The translations under genes were made by a program, and so were the position numbers. The notes under the pieces were generated by a model, which searched no databases, was not told where the DNA came from, and saw nothing but the letters and a program-made list of their open reading frames with translations. Positions 43,584 to 53,273 of a stretch of DNA of 64,000 nucleotides are shown here, piece by piece. Origin of the DNA: Candidatus Nealsonbacteria bacterium (lineage in GTDB: Bacteria > Patescibacteriota > Minisyncoccia > Minisyncoccales > UBA6532); NCBI GenBank assembly GCA_016186485.1, contig JACPLN010000005.1, positions 105,256 to 169,255 on the forward strand, in the 5' to 3' direction. Position 1 is the stretch's first letter. Every line of letters starts with the position of its first letter.

Positions 43584-43605
43584 GAAATATAAGAGATGTC
43601 ATGAG
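43570..43605 (+). pseudogene. Relic of a SecA C-terminal zinc-finger ([12 protein letters not shown]) in a frame unrelated to neighbours
   Basis: TGC GGT ATC GGT AAG AAA TAT AAG AGA TGT CAT GAG matches the canonical SecA tail C-G-x-G-K-K-Y-K-x-C-H. The first Cys pair of the motif is missing. Confidence 0.55.
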
Positions 43606-43614
43606 ACGCAGGGA

Positions 43615-44379
43615 TTAAGAAAGAATCCCAAAAGAGATCAAAATTGTTCTTAGGCTCAAAATAATTATTGATATCCCAACCGAAATACCTACTATTTTCT
43701 CCGGTAATTTATTGGTCAATAAAGCCGCGATTGGAGCCGCTATAATGCCTCCGAGCAGGAGCGGAAAAACAATTTTCCAGTCAATTGCCCTTAATGACAA
43801 AAGAAAAGTCGCAGAGATAGATAACGTTATGAAGAACTCGGCGGCATTTACTGAGCCTATCGTCTTTTTCGGATCACCATTGCCGGCAATCAGGGTTGGA
43901 GTGGTAATTGGACCCCAGCCCCCGCCGCCAATAGCATCAATAAAAGCGGCAATGAATCCCAGCGGCATTAGTTTTCTGATCCTGGGTACGTCGTAAGTAT
44001 GTTTTAGGGGATCATTCTTGTTTAAAAATTTTACGATTATAAGGAATCCTAAGAACAATAAGACAAATGAAATAGCCGGTCTTAAAAAAAATAAATTTTG
44101 AGCGCGAACGGCCACATAGGCTCCAAAAACGCCGCCAATAATACCTGGGATTGCCAAGAATTTAAAAATCTTTTTATCAAAATTACCGATTCTAAAGTGG
44201 GAAGATCCGGAAACCAGAGACGTAAAGACTTCCGAGAAATGAACAACAGCGCTTGACATGGCTGTTCCCACTCCTATTGAAAGCAGCATGGTTGTAAGCG
44301 AAACGCCGTAACCCATGCCGATCCCGCCATCAATAAGCTCGGCTATAAAAGCAAATAGTAGAAAAATAAAATATAGCAT
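43615..44379 (-). CDS. TauE/SafE family anion exporter
   Basis: Polytopic protein with a duplicated 4-TM pattern and IGGGGWGPITTP. Confidence 0.65.
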   Translation of the reverse strand: MLYFIFLLFAFIAELIDGGIGMGYGVSLTTMLLSIGVGTAMSSAVVHFSEVFTSLVSGSSHFRIGNFDKKIFKFLAIPGIIGGVFGAYVAVRAQNLFFLRPAISFVLLFLGFLIIVKFLNKNDPLKHTYDVPRIRKLMPLGFIAAFIDAIGGGGWGPITTPTLIAGNGDPKKTIGSVNAAEFFITLSISATFLLSLRAIDWKIVFPLLLGGIIAAPIAALLTNKLPEKIVGISVGISIIILSLRTILISFGILS

Positions 44380-44420
44380 ATGCTAAATACAGCATAACAA
44401 ATACCGCGCGATAAAAAAAC

Positions 44421-44687
44421 ATGGCAATTATTAAGAAAAAAATTTGGCCGAAATACTTTGATGCCGTAGCTTCAGGAAAGAAAAAGTATGAGTTTCGCCT
44501 TGATGATTTTGAAATAGAAGAAGGAGATGCAATGCTTCTTGAAGAATGGGATCCAAAGACAGGAGAGTATACCGGCAGATCAATTAAAAAAAATGTTACC
44601 TATATTTGGAGATTCAAGACAGATAAGATTTTTTGGCCAGAAGAAGAAATTAAAGAAAAAGGCATCCAGATTATTTCAATTGAATGA
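44421..44687 (+). CDS. ASCH-like (DUF3850-type) small protein
   Basis: KKYEFRLDDFEIEEGDAMLLEEWDPKTGEYTGR pattern. Confidence 0.55.
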   Translation: MAIIKKKIWPKYFDAVASGKKKYEFRLDDFEIEEGDAMLLEEWDPKTGEYTGRSIKKNVTYIWRFKTDKIFWPEEEIKEKGIQIISIE

Positions 44688-44695
44688 AATAACTT

Positions 44696-45172
44696 ATGGA
44701 AAACAAGACAAAGAAAATTTTGACGCTTTGCATTGTGCACAATCATTCCAAGGTTTTGCTTGGCATTAAAAAACGCGGTTTTGGAAGCGGTAAGTGGAAT
44801 GGTTTTGGCGGAAAGATTGAGAAGGGAGAGAGCATAAAGGAGGCTGCGTTAAGAGAATTAAAAGAAGAAACGGGTTTGGTTGGTAAAGACATCAATAATT
44901 TGGGCGTGCTGGATTTTGAGTTTTTGGGAAACCCGGAAATTTTGGAAGTCCATGTTTTTAAAGCCGCAGATCTAAAAGGGGAGCCAAAAGAAACAGAAGA
45001 GATGGCGCCAAAATGGTTTAATATCAATGAAGTTCCCTTTGATTTAATGTGGCCGGATGATAAGTATTGGTTTCCTTTGTTTTTGAGCGATAAAAAGTTC
45101 CGAGGCAAATTTCTCTTTGAAGGCCAAGATAAAATTATTGAAATGGACCTGAAAGAGGTAAAAGAGATATAA
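44696..45172 (+). CDS. NUDIX hydrolase (MutT/MTH1-like)
   Basis: Nudix box GGKIEKGESIKEAALRELKEETGL. Confidence 0.8.
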   Translation: MENKTKKILTLCIVHNHSKVLLGIKKRGFGSGKWNGFGGKIEKGESIKEAALRELKEETGLVGKDINNLGVLDFEFLGNPEILEVHVFKAADLKGEPKETEEMAPKWFNINEVPFDLMWPDDKYWFPLFLSDKKFRGKFLFEGQDKIIEMDLKEVKEI

Positions 45173-45205
45173 ACAAAAGCTCGGGGCGTTCCCGAGGCTT
45201 AATTA

Positions 45206-45739
45206 TTAACGATTGTTATTTGACGGTTCGTCTATCCAGTTTAAGATCTTTTTTAGATAGAAAATGAATGCTATTGCCAGCCCTATCATCATCATCAATG
45301 ACGATATCCAGCTGAATGTTTCTGTTATCCCTCCGAATTTATAAAGCAGAAGTTCTGTGGGCGCGTAGAAAAGATTTGTATAAATAGTGGCGCTTGCCGC
45401 CGATTCAACATAGATATCTTGTTTTGTTTTGGTAAGCCAAGGAGGAAGCCAGAAGAAGACGAAAAAGAATAGGGCTGTTATAACTCCGCCAGCCGGATAC
45501 ATTAACCATAGGTGATCTGGATTTGGAGGCATCTTGGTAACTGTCATACTGCCAAAGAGAAGGGTGGCGTCATAAGATATTATTCCGTCTCCGCCTAAAA
45601 TTTTGACCATCATAAGATGTCCTGCCTCGTGGACGGTAATTCCAAGGACGGTGAATCCAATCAGCATTAAAATCCAGGCAGACATTTTTCTTGTTTGATT
45701 TACCCCGTTATACTCATTATTATTTGTTTCTTTTGTCAA
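45206..45739 (-). CDS. Membrane protein with HExxH motif (putative zinc metalloprotease)
   Basis: VHEAGHLMMV lies within or next to TM helices. The start is TTG as drawn, or the internal ATG (MSAWIL). Confidence 0.4.
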   Translation of the reverse strand: MTKETNNNEYNGVNQTRKMSAWILMLIGFTVLGITVHEAGHLMMVKILGGDGIISYDATLLFGSMTVTKMPPNPDHLWLMYPAGGVITALFFFVFFWLPPWLTKTKQDIYVESAASATIYTNLFYAPTELLLYKFGGITETFSWISSLMMMIGLAIAFIFYLKKILNWIDEPSNNNR

Positions 45740-45756
45740 CGATCAACCACCGCTTA

Positions 45757-45784
45757 ATTATACAAAATTTCTATAATTTGTCAA
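45757..45784 (-). promoter_or_regulatory. Consensus promoter for the minus-strand gene 45206..45739
   Basis: The minus strand reads TTGACA (45784-45779), 16 nt, TATAAT (45762-45757). Confidence 0.6.
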
Positions 45785-45787
45785 TAT

Positions 45788-45816
45788 TTGACTTTTATGC
45801 TTTTCCGTCTGATAAT
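45788..45816 (+). promoter_or_regulatory. Promoter for secDF
   Basis: TTGACT (45788-45793), 17 nt, GATAAT (45811-45816). Confidence 0.5.
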
Positions 45817-45849
45817 TAAAAAAGCGCATAAAAACATAAGGTCATTATC

Positions 45850-47235
45850 ATGAAGAGGAATAATTTCTACATAATATTGATTGCCATCCTGACTTTTTTT
45901 GCTTTGAATTTCAGCTATCCCGCATATTTAAATCTTGGAATAGACCGGCTGAATTCAAGGCTTTCCACAAGCTTTCCTCATTTTTGGGATGTGCCTTTTA
46001 GGTTGGGGCTTGACCTCCGGGGCGGAATCCATCTCTTATATGAAGCAGATTTGTCAAAAATTGAAAAAAAAGACCATCAATCCGCGATGCAGGGTTTAAG
46101 AGATGTCATAGAAAGGAGAGTTAATATTTTCGGAGTCAAAGAACCGTCGGTTCAGGTCCAACAGGAGGGGGAGAGATATAGATTGATAGTGGAGTTAGCC
46201 GGAGTCATGGATCCCGCAGAAGCAATAAAAATGATTGGCGAAACCCCGTTTTTAGAGTTTAGAGAAAAGAGATTAGAAGACGAAACTAAAAAGATTATTG
46301 ATATTCAGAAAGCGGCAGAGGGAAAAACGATGGAAGAAGTTCAAAAAAGCGAAAACTGGCAGATGGTTTTAGAAGATCCTTATTTTAAGCCCACCCAGTT
46401 GACAGGAAGGTTTTTAGCCAAAGCCGAATTAAATTTTGATCAAACTACTTATCAGCCAATCGTTTCTTTGCAGTTTAACAGCGAAGGAGCCGAAATATTT
46501 AAAGAATTAACTTCAAAAAATATCGGCAAACCCATAGCGATTTACGTTGATAACTCCTTAATTTCAGCGCCGGTAGTCCAGGAAGTTATATCGGGGGGCA
46601 AGGCCCAGATTACCGGCCGTTTTACCGTTGAAGAAGCTAAGAAATTAGCCCAAAATTTGAGCGCTGGGGCTTTGCCTTTGCCAATTAAGATAATTTCTCA
46701 ACAGAATGTTGGGCCAACCTTGGGTAAAGAATCCCTTGATCAGTCGTTAAGGGCCGGCATATTCGGTTTCTTGGCAATCATTTTATTCCTGATTGTTTTC
46801 TACAGATTGCCAGGATTTTTGGCGTCTTTGGCATTGCTTATTTATATTGCACTAGTTCTAACTATCTTTAAATTTGTTTCCGTTACCTTAACGCTTGCCG
46901 GCATTGCTGGTTTTATTCTTTCTATAGGCATGGCAATTGACGCCAATGTCTTAGTTTTTTCCAGGCTTCGCGAAGAATTGAAAGAAGGCAAGGATTTTTC
47001 CCTCGCTCTGTCTGAAGGATTTAGCAGGGCTTGGCCCTCAATCCGTGACGGAAACATAACTACCATCCTTGTGGGCATTATTCTTTTTTTCTTTGGAACA
47101 GGTTTTGTCCAGGGGTTTGCCCTGACTCTGGTTTTAGGCAACATTATCAGCATATTTTCCGCAGTCTTTATTACAAAGGTTTTTCTTGAGATGTTTATCG
47201 GAAGTAAGTTGGGAAAAATACCTTTCTTATGGTGA
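45850..47235 (+). CDS. secD: Protein translocase subunit SecD
   Basis: LGLDLRGGIHL, a periplasmic domain, and a C-terminal 6-TM bundle. Confidence 0.9.
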   Translation: MKRNNFYIILIAILTFFALNFSYPAYLNLGIDRLNSRLSTSFPHFWDVPFRLGLDLRGGIHLLYEADLSKIEKKDHQSAMQGLRDVIERRVNIFGVKEPSVQVQQEGERYRLIVELAGVMDPAEAIKMIGETPFLEFREKRLEDETKKIIDIQKAAEGKTMEEVQKSENWQMVLEDPYFKPTQLTGRFLAKAELNFDQTTYQPIVSLQFNSEGAEIFKELTSKNIGKPIAIYVDNSLISAPVVQEVISGGKAQITGRFTVEEAKKLAQNLSAGALPLPIKIISQQNVGPTLGKESLDQSLRAGIFGFLAIILFLIVFYRLPGFLASLALLIYIALVLTIFKFVSVTLTLAGIAGFILSIGMAIDANVLVFSRLREELKEGKDFSLALSEGFSRAWPSIRDGNITTILVGIILFFFGTGFVQGFALTLVLGNIISIFSAVFITKVFLEMFIGSKLGKIPFLW

Positions 47236-48116
47236 GTTTTATCAGATACAAAAAAGTTTATTATCTTATTTCAGGGATTTTGGCTGTTTCGTCCATAATT
47301 TCTCTTTTGGCCTTTGGTCTGAATTTCGGGATAGATTTCACCGGGGGAAGCATTTTAGAGTTGGATTTTGAACAAAGGCCGGAAAACGCAGTTATTCAAG
47401 AAAAACTCGCATCACAAGACTTGGGAGAAGTGATCGTTCAGCCGACCAAAGAAACAGAAGTTCTTTTGAAGCTTAAAAGCATTGACGAAGACGCGCATCA
47501 AAGAATAATTTCAAGCCTTAACGAAGTTTCGCCCTTAACCGAAAAACGTTTTGAGAGCATAGGGCCGCTGATTGGCAGGGAATTGAGAGAAAAAACAATG
47601 GTTATTGTTATCCTCGCAGTTGTTTTAATGCTAATTTATATTACATTCTCTTTTAGAAGAGTTTCTCGGCCGATTTCCAGCTGGAAATACGGCATAATTT
47701 CCATAGTTGCTCTTTCTTTTGATGTTTTAGTGTCGTTGGGAATATTTTCTTACCTAGGCAAGACCTATAATATTCAGTTTAATCTTCCGATTGTTACCGC
47801 CATATTGACGATTTTGGGTTACACTATAAATGATAAAATAATAGTTTTTGACAGGATTAGGGAAAACCTTTTAAGGTCGCAGGAAGCAAGTTTTGAGCTG
47901 GTGGTTGACAAAAGTTTTGTTCAGGTGCTTTCCCGATCGTTGAGCACCGGAACTTGTACGCTTTTAGTCTTGTTTTTTATACTTTTTCTTGGAGGAGAAA
48001 CCCTTAGGTACTTTGCCCTAACCTTAATTGCTGGAATTCTTATTGGCACATATTCTTCATTATTTTTAGCCGCTCCCTTGCTGGTTAGCTGGCTTAATTT
48101 CAAAAGAAAAATATAA
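47229..48116 (+). CDS. secF: Protein translocase subunit SecF
   Basis: [11 protein letters not shown] and a C-terminal TM bundle. Overlaps secD by 7 nt. Confidence 0.9.
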   Translation: MVSFIRYKKVYYLISGILAVSSIISLLAFGLNFGIDFTGGSILELDFEQRPENAVIQEKLASQDLGEVIVQPTKETEVLLKLKSIDEDAHQRIISSLNEVSPLTEKRFESIGPLIGRELREKTMVIVILAVVLMLIYITFSFRRVSRPISSWKYGIISIVALSFDVLVSLGIFSYLGKTYNIQFNLPIVTAILTILGYTINDKIIVFDRIRENLLRSQEASFELVVDKSFVQVLSRSLSTGTCTLLVLFFILFLGGETLRYFALTLIAGILIGTYSSLFLAAPLLVSWLNFKRKI

Positions 48117-48120
48117 GTTT

Positions 48121-49287
48121 ATGAAAAACTTTCTTTTCACATCGGAGTCAATGACCGAGGGGCATCCCGATAAATTATCGGATCAAATTGCCGACGCCGT
48201 CCTAGATGAAGTTTTAAGGCAAGACAGGTATGGAAGGGTGGCCTGTGAAGTGGCTACGGGTATGGGATATATTATTGTCGGGGGAGAGGTAACAACTAGC
48301 GCCTGGATAAATATAGGGAATTTGGTTAGGTCGGTAGTTAAAGATATTGGGTACGATAAGCCGGAATACGGGTTTGATTGGCATACCGTGGCCGTATTCA
48401 ATACGATCCACGAACAGTCTCCGGATATTGCCAGAGGGGTGAGAAAAACAGGCGCCAAAAAACAGGGGGCGGGGGACCAGGGATTGATGGTGGGGTATGC
48501 TTGCAAAGAAACAAAAGAATTGATGCCTCTTCCAATAACCCTTGCCCACAAGCTTGCCAGAAAACTTGCCGAGGTCCGGAAAAAAAAGATTATGCCCTTT
48601 TTAAGGCCAGACGGGAAAACCCAAGTTACCGTAGAATACAAAGATGGGTTCCCGAAAGCAATAAACAACGTTGTTATTGCGGCCCAGCACGATCCTGGCG
48701 TTTCCAACTCAAAACTGAAAGAGGGGATAATAAAAAAGGTAATTTTTCCTGTCTGCCGGCCGTATTTAAATTCAAAATCCAAGTTTTATATCAATAACAC
48801 CGGGCGTTTTGTAATCGGGGGGCCGGTGGCTGATTGCGGGCAGACAGGAAGAAAAATTATTGCCGATACTTATGGCGGCGCGGCTTCGCACGGAGGAGGA
48901 GCTTTTTCCGGGAAAGATCCGACTAAGGTGGACAGATCCGGGGCTTATATGGCAAGATACGTTGCTAAAAATATTGTTGCAGCGGGCTTGGCAGATAAGT
49001 GCGAGGTTCAAATTGCCTATGTTATCGGAGGAAAAAGCTCCCTTTCTTTATATGTAAACACTTTTAATACCGGGAAAGTAAGCGATGAAAAATTAGCAGA
49101 AATTATTCCAAAAGTATTTGATCTTTCTCCCGGAGGATTAATTGGAGAATTGAATCTTTTAAGGCCAATATACCGTAAAACCTCCTGCTACGGGCATTTC
49201 GGTAGAGAAGAAACCGAGTTTACCTGGGAAAAGACAGATAGGGTTAAGGGCTTGACAAAATTTTGTAATATGCTTAAAATAGAGTAG
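48121..49287 (+). CDS. metK: S-adenosylmethionine synthetase
   Basis: [30 protein letters not shown], and [16 protein letters not shown]. Confidence 0.95.
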   Translation: MKNFLFTSESMTEGHPDKLSDQIADAVLDEVLRQDRYGRVACEVATGMGYIIVGGEVTTSAWINIGNLVRSVVKDIGYDKPEYGFDWHTVAVFNTIHEQSPDIARGVRKTGAKKQGAGDQGLMVGYACKETKELMPLPITLAHKLARKLAEVRKKKIMPFLRPDGKTQVTVEYKDGFPKAINNVVIAAQHDPGVSNSKLKEGIIKKVIFPVCRPYLNSKSKFYINNTGRFVIGGPVADCGQTGRKIIADTYGGAASHGGGAFSGKDPTKVDRSGAYMARYVAKNIVAAGLADKCEVQIAYVIGGKSSLSLYVNTFNTGKVSDEKLAEIIPKVFDLSPGGLIGELNLLRPIYRKTSCYGHFGREETEFTWEKTDRVKGLTKFCNMLKIE

Positions 49288-49291
49288 AAAT

Positions 49292-50284
49292 ATGAAATTA
49301 GCTGACTATAGGAAAATAAGCTTATCTTTGGTTAAAGATTTGCCAGACAAGACAAGAACCGTTTTAGAAAGGCGGTTTGGTTTTGGTTATGCGGAGCCCG
49401 AAACATTAGAGTCTATCGGCAAAATCTTCGGTTTAACCAGAGAAAGAGTAAGGCAGATAGAGGCAGCCGGCCTTAAGAAAACCGCAGAGCTGGCTAAGGA
49501 AAAATACGGCAATATTTTTCAAAGTTTTAGAAACTACCTTAATAAGAACAGCGACGTAAAAAAGGAAGAACTTTTAGTATCGGATTTTTCTTCCCCCGAA
49601 TCTAAAAACTATTTTTTGTTTCTTCTGGCTCTAGGAGAAGAATTCCAAAGGTTTAACGAGAACAATCGTTTTTATGCTTTTTGGGGGGCGGGCTCAAGTT
49701 CGGCAAATCTGGCAAAAAAGGCTGTGGACCAGGCAATAGAAAAACTTGAGAAATCTAAAAAACCTTTTTCCTTGGCTGACTTCGGGGCAATTCCCGAATC
49801 TTATCTTGAGATAACAAAACGCATTGTAAATTTTGAGGGCAAATACGGTCTGCGAGAGTGGCCGGAAGTTAACCCGCGTTTTGTAAAGGATAAAACATAT
49901 TTAGTTTTAAGGAAGGCCGGCAAACCCCTTCATTTTATGGAAGTTACCAGCCTAATTGGAACCTTAGATGCGCCGGGCAGCATTCATAAGAAGGTTAATC
50001 CTCAAACTGTCCATAACGAACTAATTAAGGATCAAAGGTTTGTTTTAGTCGGCAGAGGCACTTATGCTCTAAAAGAGTGGGGCTATTTTGAGGGAACGGT
50101 AAAAGACGTGGTTTTTGCCGTTTTGACCGAAGCGCAGCAGCCCCTGCCTAAATCAGAAATTGTAAAAAGAGCGCTAGCTCAAAGGCAGGTAAAAGCCAAT
50201 ACAATTGCATTAAGCCTCCAAGACGGCAAAGTTTTTGTAAGAGATTCGGGAGGAAATTATTCTCTAAAAGGAAAGTTAGTTTAA
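49292..50284 (+). CDS. DNA-binding protein with N-terminal sigma70 region-4-like HTH and C-terminal HARE-HTH-like domain
   Basis: ETLESIGKIFGLTRERVRQIEAAGLKK is region-4-like. LHFMEV....VHNELIKDQRFVLVGRGTYALKEWGY is HARE-HTH-like. Confidence 0.5.
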   Translation: MKLADYRKISLSLVKDLPDKTRTVLERRFGFGYAEPETLESIGKIFGLTRERVRQIEAAGLKKTAELAKEKYGNIFQSFRNYLNKNSDVKKEELLVSDFSSPESKNYFLFLLALGEEFQRFNENNRFYAFWGAGSSSANLAKKAVDQAIEKLEKSKKPFSLADFGAIPESYLEITKRIVNFEGKYGLREWPEVNPRFVKDKTYLVLRKAGKPLHFMEVTSLIGTLDAPGSIHKKVNPQTVHNELIKDQRFVLVGRGTYALKEWGYFEGTVKDVVFAVLTEAQQPLPKSEIVKRALAQRQVKANTIALSLQDGKVFVRDSGGNYSLKGKLV

Positions 50285-51597
50285 TGCCGGCCCAACTGAT
50301 ATTTATTTTCAACACCCTCTGGGAAATTTTCAAAAATTGGTGGTGGTTAGCGCCTCCGTTTTTGCTTTATCGCCCATTTTTGGTTTTATGGCTGTGGTGG
50401 CGGCAGGAAGTGTTTTCTTCCCAACAAAAGTACGTTTTTTTAGAAATAAAAATTCCTAAAGAAGTTATTAGGCCCCTGAAAGCGATGGAGCAGGCCTTTC
50501 ATTCAATTTGGGGCAATATTTATGATCCTCCTGATTGGTGGGAAAAGTGGATAGAAGGGAAGTTCCTCTTGAGATTTTCAATGGAAATAGCAGCCATAGA
50601 CGGGGAACCCCATTTTTTTATGTGGGTTCCCGAGGGCAGAAGGAATGCCATAGAGGCCTCGCTTTATTCCCAGTATTCGGATGTTGAGATTTCTACGGCA
50701 GATGATTATACCAAAGCCGTCCCAAGAGAAATTCCAAACAAGAATTGGAACATGTGGGGATGCGATTACGAGCTTGTAAAACCAGATGTTTATCCCATAA
50801 AAACTTATGCGCAGTTTTTCGAAGAGAGGCCGGAGGCTCCAGTTGAAGAAAAAAGGCTGGATCCCATTTCAACTCTTTTGGAAGGCATGGCTACTTTAAA
50901 AGCAGGAGAGCAGCTTTGGGTTCAGATTGTTGCTGTTCCCATTGTCAGCGTGGACGACCCGTCTGCGGGCGACAACTATGTAGCCAGAGGAAAAGTTATT
51001 GTTGAGAAACTATTGAAAAGGCCGCCGAAGGAAAAACCAAAATCAATTTTTAGAGAAGCGTTAGGCGTTTTAATCACCGGTAAAACCCCAGGAGAGGATG
51101 AAAAAGAGCAATCTTTCTTTGTGCCGGAAATGATGCTTTCGCCCGGCGAAAGAGCGGTTGTGGCCGGCATAGAAGATAAAATAAGCAAGTATTGTTTCAC
51201 TTCTTGGATAAGGTTTATTTATATTGCCAAAAGCGATGTTTATTTTGGGGGGGCTAAAGCAACGCCCTTCGGGTTTTTTCAGCAGTTTTCTACTTCAAAT
51301 TTAAACGCTTTGAAACCATGGTCAAACACGCTGACTAAAATTAAAAAACACTGGTTTCTGCCAATAAACTTTATTCGGGAAAGAAGGCTGTATTTAAGGA
51401 AAAGGCAGCTATTTAAGACTTATATTTCAAGGCTCCCTCCCAGGTTTCCTCATAAGCCAACCATGACCTTTATTTTGAATACCGAAGAGCTGGCTACCAT
51501 ATTTCATTTCCCGGGCAGGGCGGTATCCAAGGCTCCGTTTGTGGAGAGAATAGAAACTAAAAAGGGAGAAGCGCCTCCAGGATTGCCAACGGAATAA
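50284..51597 (+). CDS. Membrane-anchored hypothetical protein (437 aa) upstream of the coupling-protein-like ATPase
   Basis: N-terminal hydrophobic hairpin (WWWLAPPFLLYRPFLVLWLWW). TAATG overlap with the preceding gene. Confidence 0.5.
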   Translation: MPAQLIFIFNTLWEIFKNWWWLAPPFLLYRPFLVLWLWWRQEVFSSQQKYVFLEIKIPKEVIRPLKAMEQAFHSIWGNIYDPPDWWEKWIEGKFLLRFSMEIAAIDGEPHFFMWVPEGRRNAIEASLYSQYSDVEISTADDYTKAVPREIPNKNWNMWGCDYELVKPDVYPIKTYAQFFEERPEAPVEEKRLDPISTLLEGMATLKAGEQLWVQIVAVPIVSVDDPSAGDNYVARGKVIVEKLLKRPPKEKPKSIFREALGVLITGKTPGEDEKEQSFFVPEMMLSPGERAVVAGIEDKISKYCFTSWIRFIYIAKSDVYFGGAKATPFGFFQQFSTSNLNALKPWSNTLTKIKKHWFLPINFIRERRLYLRKRQLFKTYISRLPPRFPHKPTMTFILNTEELATIFHFPGRAVSKAPFVERIETKKGEAPPGLPTE

Positions 51598-51601
51598 AAC
51601 T

Positions 51602-53272
51602 ATGAATGGTGATATAAATTTTTTTGCCGAAACTACTTTTAGGAATATTAATAGAAAATTCGGGATAAAAATCGACGATAGGCGAAGGCATGTTTACGTT
51701 GTTGGAAAGACCGGAATGGGTAAAACGGTAATGCTGAAAAACATGGCAATCCAGGATATTCAGCAGGGGCACGGAATTGCTTTTGTTGATCCTCACGGAG
51801 AAGCCTCGGAAGAGCTTCTGGATTTTGTTCCCCCCAACAGAATTAACGATGTTATATATTTTAACCCCGCAGATTTAGACCATCCTATTGCCTTTAATAT
51901 TATGGAGAAGGTTGGTCCGGAACACCGGCATTTGGTTGCCGGAGGCCTAATGGGCGTATTTAAAAAAATATGGCCGGATGTTTGGTCTGCCCGCATGGAA
52001 TACATTTTAAATAATGCAATTTTAGCTCTTCTTGAATATCCCGGGTCCACGCTTTTGGGAGTAAACCGAATGCTTTCCGATCCGGAATATAGAAGAAAGG
52101 TGGTAGAAAATATTACCGATCCTTTAGTTAAAGCTTTTTGGGTCCAGGAATTCGCCCGCTACACCCAAAGGCTGGAATCAGAAGCAACGGCGGCTATTCA
52201 AAATAAAGTCGGCCAGTTTACTTCCGCCTCTTTGATAAGGAATATTATTGGCCAGACCGCCTCATCCATTGATATGAGAGATATAATGGACAAGGAAAAG
52301 ATATTGATTATTGATCTTTCCAAGGGAAGGGTGGGCGAGGATAACTCGCGCCTTTTAGGAGCCTTGATTATTACCAAGCTGCAGTTGGCCGCAATGTCAA
52401 GGGTTGATATTCCGGAGAACCAGAGAAAAGACTTTTTTCTGTATGTTGATGAATTCCAGAACTTTGCCACGCAATCTTTTGTAAACATTTTATCTGAAGC
52501 AAGAAAATACAGGCTGGCCTTGATTTTGGGCCACCAATACATTACTCAAATGGAGGAAGAAGTTAGAGACGCAGTGTTTGGAAACGTTGGAACGATAGTC
52601 AGTTTTAGAGTCGGAGCGGAAGACGGCGAATTTTTAGAGAAAGAATTTATGCCAGAATTTACCGCTCAAGATTTGGTAAATCTGGGAAAGTACTCTATTT
52701 ACCTTAAGTTAATGATAGACGGATTAGCCGGGCGCCCATTTTCTGCCCAAACACTGGCTCCTTTGCCTCCGTTAGAAATTTCCAATAGAAATAAGATTAT
52801 AGAGGCATCGCGGGAAAGGTATGGCAGACCGAGGGCAGGGGTGGAAGAAAAGATTGCCAAATGGGCTGAAGTATCTGCAAGCCAAGTTCCTCCGCAAAGG
52901 ACGCAAACAATGCTTTATGACGCTAAATGCAGCGAGTGCGGGAAAGATACCAAGGTTGTTTTCCCTCCGGATGGCGTAAGGCCGGTTTATTGCAAGTCCT
53001 GCCGCAACAAGATAAGCATGCAAAGATACAAAGAAGACGAAGTTTCGGCTCCGCCAAAAAGAGAATTCGTTTCTCTTAAAGAAACAATGGAAGACAAAAC
53101 CGCTTTCTTTTCGCCAAAAAAAAGAGACGAAAACCAGGAACAAAAAAGGCCCAGAAGAGAAGTTGACCTGGAAGGTTTAAGAGAAACATTGAGAGAACCT
53201 TCAATTGGCGATAATAAAGAAAGCGGCGCAAAGAAAGGAACGCTAAAGCCGGGAGAAACAATAAAGTTTTAA
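51602..53272 (+). CDS. VirD4/TraD/TraG-like (type IV coupling protein-like) P-loop ATPase with C-terminal zinc ribbon
   Basis: Walker A VVGKTGMGKT, FVDPHGE, Walker B-like FFLYVDEFQNF, and C-terminal CSECGKDTKVVFPPDGVRPVYCKSCRNK. No N-terminal TM segment. Confidence 0.6.
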   Translation: MNGDINFFAETTFRNINRKFGIKIDDRRRHVYVVGKTGMGKTVMLKNMAIQDIQQGHGIAFVDPHGEASEELLDFVPPNRINDVIYFNPADLDHPIAFNIMEKVGPEHRHLVAGGLMGVFKKIWPDVWSARMEYILNNAILALLEYPGSTLLGVNRMLSDPEYRRKVVENITDPLVKAFWVQEFARYTQRLESEATAAIQNKVGQFTSASLIRNIIGQTASSIDMRDIMDKEKILIIDLSKGRVGEDNSRLLGALIITKLQLAAMSRVDIPENQRKDFFLYVDEFQNFATQSFVNILSEARKYRLALILGHQYITQMEEEVRDAVFGNVGTIVSFRVGAEDGEFLEKEFMPEFTAQDLVNLGKYSIYLKLMIDGLAGRPFSAQTLAPLPPLEISNRNKIIEASRERYGRPRAGVEEKIAKWAEVSASQVPPQRTQTMLYDAKCSECGKDTKVVFPPDGVRPVYCKSCRNKISMQRYKEDEVSAPPKREFVSLKETMEDKTAFFSPKKRDENQEQKRPRREVDLEGLRETLREPSIGDNKESGAKKGTLKPGETIKF

Positions 53273-53273
53273 A

